From positions 1-32,107 of the IMG/VR virus record IMGVR_UViG_3300037991_003601: DNA of 32,107 nt; one strand, written 5' to 3'. A program made the translations under genes and the position numbers. Source of the stretch: a virus (taxonomy: Duplodnaviria > Caudoviricetes). Position 1 is the first letter of the stretch, and every line of letters starts with the position of its first letter. Below are positions 14,801 to 21,808 of the stretch, piece after piece. Below the pieces are notes generated by a model, which searched no databases, was not told the DNA's origin, and saw only the letters and a program-made list of their open reading frames with translations.

Positions 14801-17800
14801 AAAAGGTGCTGAAAGAATTTGCCCATCATTAGTGAATCTTGAAACCTCTAAATCTGAGCGAAGTTTTTTTCTGAAGTTTATATACTCGTCTTGTAAATCT
14901 GTAGGGATTTTTTTATACGCATCCCCTGCCGGCATGAAGAGTTTGTCGGTAATCTGCACATCGGCTTCGCCCCTTCCAGGCATAAGGTTTCGCCTGATAC
15001 GATCAATAACGATGTTTCGGGTATTGCCGGTAGGATTAAGTGTTCCTATACGATCTAATCTGCGAGAGCGGTATGTTCCTAATGTGTTTGCCCGTCTCTC
15101 ACCGAGGTTTGATAAAGTGGGGTTGTCTGCAATCTGACTTTTGCTTACAGGACCGAATGCGGCATTTAGGAAGTTTTTCTGCCCTTCGGTAATTCCACTT
15201 TCAGGAGTACCATTGACTATGCCTTTGGCATGATTGTCGAGGTACTTCTCGAACATGGATTCGAAGTTTTTACGAATTACTGCTGGGTCTGATCCGCCAA
15301 ACGCCTGGCCGATTTCATTACCTCTTCGCTTCAGGAGGTAGTCGATATTCTTCTGTAGCTTGTCAAGGGATACAGTATCTAAGATAACATTTCCGTCCTT
15401 GGTAATCGTAATGCCATAAACCAAGCTATCGCGATATCCGCCTTTTAGCGTCTTGTATTTCCTTCCTCCCTTGCCGGTAGCCGCATAGTAGAATAGTAGC
15501 ATCTGATTACCGATGCCCTCCCTACCCGCTTTGCTGGCTTCCCGAAGAAAGTTTATCTGCGATGGGTTGTATCGGCCTGTCCTGGATAGTTCATCGATAA
15601 TTGAGTCATCTATGAACTTGCCGGAGCCTGTAAGTTTTCCGTCCTCAGTTTCGGACAGAGTGACATGACCTTCAGGTAGATCATTTTCTCGAGCCTTTAT
15701 AGACTCGGTCAAATCCCTGGCGAGTGCCTGGTTTGCTCTTCTTGTCTCTGATGGAGAATAGACTTCGGGCTTTTTGGTGATTGGGTTGACAATAATGTTG
15801 CCATCTTTGTCGGTCTTAAAGTGTCCACCATTGTTAAATACCTGCAAACTCTCAATCGGATCACTGGGTGAAACGATGACTGTGTCTAATTCATCATCCT
15901 TAGTGACTGGGCGTTGTTCGCGAATCTCCGATTCCGACAAGCCGATTGTCTCGTCTTCATACCGCTTGACCAGGTTGTCCAATTGCTTGGATGATTTAAA
16001 TGGTTTACCGAGTATGCCGGTTCCCTGAACAAGAGATCCATCCGCCTTGGTGGCCATACCGAGTGAATGCATAGCTTTACGCATAAAGCCTCCACTGGTG
16101 ATACGATCACCCAGGCTTTCGATGAGCTTATAAGTGGATGACTGCCCTGCCCGTTTGGATGTTTTGCCGGATAACATTCTTTCGGCCACAGTCTCAGCAA
16201 ACAGTTCCCGTGCAAACTGCTCGGGTGTTTCATATGCCTGCTTTGCTTTTTCCGAAACATTGGAGTTGGCAAGTTTATCGACATAAGCCTTTTGAAGTTC
16301 CCTAAATTCATCGGTGAGTTCGTAATGTTTCATACCATTCTCATCGGTAGTAATCTTGGGCTTACCTGTGGCTTTATCTATCTTGGTAAATATTCCGACT
16401 TTTCCCTTCTCAGGATTGCCAAGCATCTCCTCGAGGATATTAGGCAGTAGTCCATGCCTCTCAACATGGTGGCCGATTTCATGTGAAAGAATAGTTCCGT
16501 AAGATAAATTGGTATCGGTATTTATTTCGATCACACTGTCAGAACCATCTACATAATGTGCTCCATTCGGTCCATCCTTCCCCATTGATTTCATTCTGAT
16601 CTCCACATCGGGGAAGAATTGAGAAAAGGTAGATATTGCTACCTGTTGATCCTTGTCCAGCTTTTCGAAATTTGCCCGCTCAGTTTCGGTAAGCGATTGC
16701 TTGTGGTATTCTAAATCACCCAACTGTTTGGCGAGCAGATCAGATTTATTATTGAACCTAAGAAGAGATCCATAACCTAATCCGGCGGCTATAAATGGAG
16801 CCGATGCTCCGATTGCAGATGCCGCACCCTCTTCCCCTCCGGCCATATATCCGAATGCACCAGGCAATGCCGCCCCTCCTGCCGCCGCTTTGGCGACATT
16901 GGCGGTTTCTGTGCCTAGTCTACCTAGTCCTGATCTATCGATAAACCTGGCGACTCCTCTTACACTAGATGGAAGGTCTCGGGTTTGAGTGAGTATAGGT
17001 TTTAACTGTGAGGCGGCATCTCCGAGTACCAGGTTATCAGTCCTATCGACTAATACCTCGGCAAGTTTAGGATCGTCTGCCGGCAATGCCCCTACCCTTT
17101 TAAAGAATGGCATGGTGGTCTCGGCCATAGTCAACTGTTTACCGAGTATTGCTGAACTTCGTCCCATGCTGGCGATTGCCCGTGGGCCCATATAGGCGGC
17201 CAATGCTCCAAAGCCTGTGCCGGTTAAACTGGCTTCCCCATCTGTGAGGTCAGCGGCTCCACCGATTGATGTATAAATAACCCCCTTGGCTACCTGTTCA
17301 CTAAGCCCTGCTCTCATCAATAAGGTAGTCGCTTCCTCCACGCCTGCTCTGCGAATAAACTCGGTGAGGTTACCAAAGTGCTCACCCGCTTTGCCGACTG
17401 CCTGCATACCCTTTCCAACCATTTGATTGGTAAACCCTGCCTTTGCCTTCTGCTCAGTAAATGGAGTGATTTTTGCGAGTATTTCATCCGATTCCTTAGT
17501 CGCCTTTTCGAGTGCATCGGTAGCAGTCTTTACGAGTTTGTCAGATGCATTGGCTGGTAATCGATTGAGTTGCTTTTCAAGTAAAAATTTCTTGCTGTTT
17601 GCTTCCTTGAGTTGCTCGGCCAACTTCTTTGCGGTTCCCCTGCGTAGCATATTGGTGGCAGATCGAATACTTCCAGTGGTTACTGCGGCCACAGGATTTT
17701 CCAACTGTACGAATAAAGATGCCGCTAGTGCCTGTTTCTTATCAGGCTCAACTCTTCCGGCTTTGAGGTCTCTATACATATCGAAATCACCAAACTGCTC

Positions 17801-18352
17801 GGCCATGATTGCCGCCCCATCATCTATAAACGACTGAGTTTTCATCATGTCGCCAATAAACTGAATGGAGGCATCTATATCTTCATCCCCTTCACCTGCC
17901 ATTTTGGAGAATGCAAGTTTACCGGCATCTCCTATAGTTTTATATCCAGCAATTGCTTCGGCTACTGTTTGGTATGTTGTTGCTTTACGAGACTTACCTT
18001 TTGGCACTTTTACACCAAGCTTTCTTCTCATCTCAGCAGGCATACCTTCGATAGCATCTCTTTGAAAATCGTCAAATGGTTGTTCAATTATTGAACCCAT
18101 ACCCTCCATGACTTCACCGGCGGCCTGTTTAAATGCATCGTATAAACCTGTGTCAGACTCCTGGTCAAAGTAACCATTCTTATAGGCGGCTCGAGCTAGT
18201 TCCTTATTACCATCTTCGAATGCTTTAATCATCCGATCAGGTGGAACTACCTGCTTGAGAATCTGAAAAGTGGATTCTTCATTAGGAGCCTCCGGCCCCT
18301 CGACCATGAAATCTACTCCGAGGGGTTCGCTGAATATTCTGTACTGTCCCAT
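11852..18352 (-). CDS. Large internal virion (ejection) polyvalent protein: zincin metallopeptidase-like, unknown, GNAT, ART-like and HhH glycosylase-like domains
   Basis: 2166 aa; last of three internal-protein genes; HEIGH (16469-16483); GNAT VPKDERSSGLGT...LKKFYKKFGF; ART-PolyVal-like FKKWFGKSKVVDENGEPLVVYHGT...GFYFA...FSPEQIKSATGNRGTFD; C-terminal NWY...GPKIG...PVTVDLW...LQATLW. Confidence 0.85.
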   Translation of the reverse strand: MGQYRIFSEPLGVDFMVEGPEAPNEESTFQILKQVVPPDRMIKAFEDGNKELARAAYKNGYFDQESDTGLYDAFKQAAGEVMEGMGSIIEQPFDDFQRDAIEGMPAEMRRKLGVKVPKGKSRKATTYQTVAEAIAGYKTIGDAGKLAFSKMAGEGDEDIDASIQFIGDMMKTQSFIDDGAAIMAEQFGDFDMYRDLKAGRVEPDKKQALAASLFVQLENPVAAVTTGSIRSATNMLRRGTAKKLAEQLKEANSKKFLLEKQLNRLPANASDKLVKTATDALEKATKESDEILAKITPFTEQKAKAGFTNQMVGKGMQAVGKAGEHFGNLTEFIRRAGVEEATTLLMRAGLSEQVAKGVIYTSIGGAADLTDGEASLTGTGFGALAAYMGPRAIASMGRSSAILGKQLTMAETTMPFFKRVGALPADDPKLAEVLVDRTDNLVLGDAASQLKPILTQTRDLPSSVRGVARFIDRSGLGRLGTETANVAKAAAGGAALPGAFGYMAGGEEGAASAIGASAPFIAAGLGYGSLLRFNNKSDLLAKQLGDLEYHKQSLTETERANFEKLDKDQQVAISTFSQFFPDVEIRMKSMGKDGPNGAHYVDGSDSVIEINTDTNLSYGTILSHEIGHHVERHGLLPNILEEMLGNPEKGKVGIFTKIDKATGKPKITTDENGMKHYELTDEFRELQKAYVDKLANSNVSEKAKQAYETPEQFARELFAETVAERMLSGKTSKRAGQSSTYKLIESLGDRITSGGFMRKAMHSLGMATKADGSLVQGTGILGKPFKSSKQLDNLVKRYEDETIGLSESEIREQRPVTKDDELDTVIVSPSDPIESLQVFNNGGHFKTDKDGNIIVNPITKKPEVYSPSETRRANQALARDLTESIKARENDLPEGHVTLSETEDGKLTGSGKFIDDSIIDELSRTGRYNPSQINFLREASKAGREGIGNQMLLFYYAATGKGGRKYKTLKGGYRDSLVYGITITKDGNVILDTVSLDKLQKNIDYLLKRRGNEIGQAFGGSDPAVIRKNFESMFEKYLDNHAKGIVNGTPESGITEGQKNFLNAAFGPVSKSQIADNPTLSNLGERRANTLGTYRSRRLDRIGTLNPTGNTRNIVIDRIRRNLMPGRGEADVQITDKLFMPAGDAYKKIPTDLQDEYINFRKKLRSDLEVSRFTNDGQILSAPFWLKSAINQIDATELMGVTRKLGRERIVNNDLTVDQLASIALKSPDIKSKSFAEYLARRVARGLDIASIEMAKVISRQDAKMGTLLDRWIDYSTWEINHPITNDPIDFHGTDLYEVIHQSLKEEGQYKKQESYEEIKQRQNSDPNKLFMPAGGMTVDQIKAKYPSVKLDIYGDAQKGFELSRIIVPKDERSSGLGTAVMDDIIKMADDQGAVISLTPDISFGGSSVSRLKKFYKKFGFVENKGRNKDFSTRNTMIRPASDKLFMPASEAGAGKGKQAEAAKLWQEKGTDSPYFKKWFGKSKVVDENGEPLVVYHGTPSGEFNVFDYDRIGNLGRMEGQGFYFATDKGMAQSYMGKDGRLMEVYLDIEKPMSVEQKGFDADTLETLLMEIAEEQHRYDPEVPIDEGFLADYGGLYNAVDLISKNETALDQLGDLMGAGVNAEFINTALKKVTGFDGVKAKITDKANDFTSDIYVAFSPEQIKSATGNRGTFDAGERNILFMPGKGDITPASVQSWDDANPTFGANFTKGMAKDNKEAAALLRKSYEDEFGEPIKAQDFTQEQVEWLGGMLAQEGEAALGRTGNAVNWYTSAVEKALSVAEEIFPEIGQKFEAKDRFLGALSITSQNMRVMDNAKAAVSQYQHKIRTGKFNYNIKHGAKADAITSNLKLYDKVEAKMGVDKLNDFLDADFTVKELIEWGRDFFGDKKFSIAGYSTDKVKGSAIFGPKIGQGFFQNLRGNYDPVTVDLWLRRTYGRLTGLSLDTALSPGDIGRIIYAVRNNKGKRKFAGLEMPEFLKGVSISGKLQKNGVANFKISDKAFESLFGDNTIGRDNYEAIYEFAEKLNREWERSFAKANTDVKKAKDAIKKAKKEDRGTTNLEKRLAKFEAEKEAIGKEKPQWAKAGSTVNDKLKPIDVPSNAERAVITKAFDVALKSLKEKGIDLTPADLQATLWYPEKDIWAYLKGENSDALNMSYDTAMEVIRDQR
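14007..14949. repeat. Three dispersed in-frame exact 19-bp repeats GCCGGCATGAAGAGTTTGT (KLFMPA linkers)
   Basis: Copies start at 14007, 14352 and 14928; first and third extend to 22 bp identity; spacings 345 and 576 bp are multiples of 3. Confidence 0.95.
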
Positions 18353-19692
18353 TACTGACCTTCTACCGAAAGTTGTCCTGGTATTCTGTAAGTTCCCTGC
18401 TTGGTATCTATGCCTGGTCCTTGAGGCTTTGACGGGCTTAATTCTTCTTCAATTTGCAAATAGTTTGATGGAATTATTTGATCCACCCTCAAACCACTAT
18501 TTGCCGCTAAACCTTTGTATCGCTGTAAAGCCTCCTTTGCTGGTTTAAACTGAGCCGATGCAGTATTTCTTGCTGTACTCAAAAAATCGTCTCTTTGATC
18601 CGGCGTTAATAGAGTACCATCTTCAAGTTTTCTTATAGCTTTAGCAATTGGTAATGGTATAGCAATACCATCATTCTCACTTCTCTGTAGCCATGAAGTT
18701 GCATCTGCGGCGGTTTGAAACTCTCCCTCCCTAACAACACTGCCAGGATCAAGTATCTTCATGTAATTAAAAACTAAAGCTAAATCACCTGCCGCAGATG
18801 GATTTTCAGCGGCAGTTTTTACTTTTAGAAATGCAGTGCGAACATCGCCAAAATCCTTTGTGGCATCCAAAGCGTTAAACTCTTTACGCATATCAGCTTC
18901 GGCTTTTCTAAGAGTTGCAAAATCATCCATGCCAGCAGTTGCTTGTTGTGCTAAATTATTAATCGCTACCATTCCAGCCTTATCTGAAAGCTCTCCCGAT
19001 TCAACTGCCTCCTGTATCCTTCTGCCCTGTGGTTTGAATGAATTAGGTAATTGAGCGACAGCAGGTGAATCTTGTTTTTCGAATCGTTTAAAGTCAGGCT
19101 TTTCTGTAATATATTTTGCAATAATCGAAGGTCTTTCAGGTATCGGTTCTTCTTGCATTGCAATAAACTCAGGTGTACCTGGTATCTGTTCGGGGCGATA
19201 TTCCTGTTGCAATGCACTAAACTCAGGAGTTGGAGTTTGCACTGGTTGCATACTGAACTTGGCAAGGCTTTCATTCAGTGCCTTCTGCTCATCTAATAAA
19301 TCCTGTTCTGCCTCAAACTGTCTTTCTTTTAAATTTTGTGCCTGATTAGCAGTAGTGGCGGCTCGTTTAGAATTAGCAATCGATGTTCTAGCCTGCATCT
19401 GAGCGATTTTCATCTGCTGATCTGCCGCCTGCTTACGCTGATACTCGTTTTGCAGGAATGGATTCTTGGCGATTGCCTTGGCATCTTCTTCCGATGCACC
19501 CTGCCCCATTAGGTATTGAGTCATCTCATTCGCCCGTTCCTTCTTTTCCTTCCCCGCAAAGTATGCTGTGGCCGCCTGTCCGAGTGCATTTCCGAATGCC
19601 TCATTCGCTCTTGCCTGTGCCGCCCCTGCTGTCTGAAACGCTGAGAAGTCCATCCTCCCCAAGCCTGCCTGTACTGTATCGCCGATTGCCAT
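18352..19692 (-). CDS. Internal virion (ejection) protein
   Basis: 446 aa Ala/Gln-rich helical protein between the other two internal-protein genes; C-terminal GDLALVFNYMKILDPGSVVREGEF block. Confidence 0.7.
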   Translation of the reverse strand: MAIGDTVQAGLGRMDFSAFQTAGAAQARANEAFGNALGQAATAYFAGKEKKERANEMTQYLMGQGASEEDAKAIAKNPFLQNEYQRKQAADQQMKIAQMQARTSIANSKRAATTANQAQNLKERQFEAEQDLLDEQKALNESLAKFSMQPVQTPTPEFSALQQEYRPEQIPGTPEFIAMQEEPIPERPSIIAKYITEKPDFKRFEKQDSPAVAQLPNSFKPQGRRIQEAVESGELSDKAGMVAINNLAQQATAGMDDFATLRKAEADMRKEFNALDATKDFGDVRTAFLKVKTAAENPSAAGDLALVFNYMKILDPGSVVREGEFQTAADATSWLQRSENDGIAIPLPIAKAIRKLEDGTLLTPDQRDDFLSTARNTASAQFKPAKEALQRYKGLAANSGLRVDQIIPSNYLQIEEELSPSKPQGPGIDTKQGTYRIPGQLSVEGQ

Positions 19693-19696
19693 AGTT

Positions 19697-21004
19697 TTAT
19701 CCTCTTCCTAAGTATCCGCCTGCAATGCTTCCTACCATGCCCATTAATCCACTCGCCATTCCGCTTGCCGCCTGTTCGCGAGCCGCATAAGTGTTCGCCA
19801 GGTAATTGGCACGATTAGCATTATCCTGTAATCCGATATTTACTCCGGCATCAGGATTGATCCTGGTTGACTGCTCTTGTGGTATTCCGAATAAAGCCGC
19901 CCTTTCGCCATACCCTTGCTGGGTGTAATTATTTCCACCTCTAAGCATAGACATTGGATCGACAGAGGTTGCCCGATTTAAACCACTCGCATAACTGCCT
20001 AGTCCCTGTGCCTGTTGACGATTATCGCGAATGATGTCCCGTAAATAGTCTTCCCTGCTCATCGCCTCGGCCGCGATTGCCGCATTGTCCATGTCCCTGC
20101 CTCGAGCCACCAATCCCTCCCGAGCCGATTGAGTCGCCCTGCGTCTCATCTCAGGAGATAAGTCTTGAATCTGTGACTCACGAAATGCCTGGTCGGCCAT
20201 CTGATTTGCCTGCTCCACGCGAGCCTGCATGAGCGGGTCGGATGCCCTTACCGCCTGATTAAAATCAGCACCAAATCGATTCATCATCGATATATCAGAA
20301 CCCGCCTGACGCTCGGCCATTTGTGCTCCAAAGTCCTGTGCTCGCATCGCATTTGATTCTGCGAGATCCGCCATAGGATCAGCGGCTCGCTGGGCAAGGC
20401 TTAACTGTAAATCCTGATATTGAGGATCGTATGTCTGACGAGTTTGTAAAAGTTTGCCCTGAATCGCAGGATCAGACATCGCATTAACATAATCGCGAGC
20501 AGACTTGCCGACATCTAGTTTAGGCATGGAAGGAGGTGCTTTCCCTCCTCCAAAAAGTTTGTTGAGAAAGAACGATGGAACGCCTGAACTGTTTACAGGT
20601 TCCCCTGCTCCACCGGCATCCTTGAGCATTTCTGCTTCTTCGGAATTTATGTAAGCGAGTGATTCTCCCTGTGGAGCCGCTGAGTTAAGAAGAGCGGCGG
20701 CCTGCTTGAGAGGATCATCGGGTGAAAACGATGGTATTCCTTCAGGAGTCATAGTGGGAACTGATGCTCCCGAGTTCTTGAGGATTTCTTCCTCCATCGC
20801 ATTTATATATGCCAACTTTTCGCCTTTGGGAGCCTGTGGTTGCATGATTTTATTCCTAGACTCAGAAAGGTAAACCATGTCATCCAGTAATGCCCTATCC
20901 TGTGTGGATAATCTGCCTGACATTTCTGAAATTCTTTTAAGATTAGGGTCAGGCATTGGTTCTGCCTTTGGCTCCCTGTTAAATAGTTTGTCGAAGATAT
21001 CCAT
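19697..21004 (-). CDS. Internal virion (ejection/pilot-like) protein
   Basis: 435 aa Ala/Gln/Met-rich; C-terminal glycine-rich hydrophobic helix; duplicated LAYIN...G(I/V)PSF module. Confidence 0.7.
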   Translation of the reverse strand: MDIFDKLFNREPKAEPMPDPNLKRISEMSGRLSTQDRALLDDMVYLSESRNKIMQPQAPKGEKLAYINAMEEEILKNSGASVPTMTPEGIPSFSPDDPLKQAAALLNSAAPQGESLAYINSEEAEMLKDAGGAGEPVNSSGVPSFFLNKLFGGGKAPPSMPKLDVGKSARDYVNAMSDPAIQGKLLQTRQTYDPQYQDLQLSLAQRAADPMADLAESNAMRAQDFGAQMAERQAGSDISMMNRFGADFNQAVRASDPLMQARVEQANQMADQAFRESQIQDLSPEMRRRATQSAREGLVARGRDMDNAAIAAEAMSREDYLRDIIRDNRQQAQGLGSYASGLNRATSVDPMSMLRGGNNYTQQGYGERAALFGIPQEQSTRINPDAGVNIGLQDNANRANYLANTYAAREQAASGMASGLMGMVGSIAGGYLGRG

Positions 21005-21010
21005 AATAAA

Positions 21011-21796
21011 TCAGGTTTTGATGATATAATTTAAAATGATGGTTGGCTGGACATTGTTGTGTGCATTTCCTCCGCCAGTATTTTGGACTGCTTCAGTGTT
21101 TGGAGCAGTAGTATTTGGTGGGTTTTGGTTTGTTCCTGTTGGGAAATTACCCGCAACGCCGTTCGTATTATTACTTTTAGAAGTCGTTGTGATATCGTGA
21201 TCGTGTGCGGGGATTTCTGATGTGCTTAGAGTATGCGTTTCAGTCCCTCCAGTTGCACCCAAAGTGTCTCCATTTAATCCGCCTGATTGATTGGTTAGTC
21301 GGTTGGCAGAAGATCCACCCATGTCATCCTGACCAGCAATTACTCGGCCTCGAAGGTCGGGAATATTAAATGTGGTGGAACCATCACCTACTCCGTAGGT
21401 AGTTCCTACGAGTCCAAATAAATCTGAGTATGTTGTTCTACTGATGGCCGCACCATCGCAAAGTAAATAACCTGTTGGAGCAGAAGAACCAGCATAAGGC
21501 AAAATGGTGGAAGTTGGCATAAGGACACTTACTGCCGCACTATCGAGCTTGGCCGCAGTCACCGCTCCATCCTGTATCTTGGCAGTAATGACTGAGTCAG
21601 TCGCCAGTTCGTTTGAACTAATCCCTGCCGATTTGACCTTTAGATAACCACCCGATCCATCGACCTGAATGGTGGAATCATCTGCGGTCTGATTTGTTCC
21701 CGTTCTAAAGGTTGCCAGGTTCGCGATGTCCTGTAACTTGGTTGCCGTTACCTGATCGCCTGATGAGAATGATTGTCCTGTTTGTAATACTGCCAT
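21011..21796 (-). CDS. Tail collar domain protein (short tail fibre)
   Basis: MPTSTILPYAGSSAPTGYLLCDGAAISRTTYSDLF...FNIPDLRGRV and HNNVQPTIILNYIIK. Confidence 0.92.
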   Translation of the reverse strand: MAVLQTGQSFSSGDQVTATKLQDIANLATFRTGTNQTADDSTIQVDGSGGYLKVKSAGISSNELATDSVITAKIQDGAVTAAKLDSAAVSVLMPTSTILPYAGSSAPTGYLLCDGAAISRTTYSDLFGLVGTTYGVGDGSTTFNIPDLRGRVIAGQDDMGGSSANRLTNQSGGLNGDTLGATGGTETHTLSTSEIPAHDHDITTTSKSNNTNGVAGNFPTGTNQNPPNTTAPNTEAVQNTGGGNAHNNVQPTIILNYIIKT

Positions 21797-21808
21797 TTTA
21801 TTTTTCTC

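Noticed and set aside
14007-14949. 19-bp repeats as a CRISPR array
   Set aside because: Spacers are 326 and 557 bp, in frame and protein coding; no cas genes nearby
11991-18548. Numerous plus-strand ORFs opposite the giant gene (and opposite other minus-strand genes)
   Set aside because: Antisense shadows with Ser/Leu/Phe-biased composition, no RBS and no motifs
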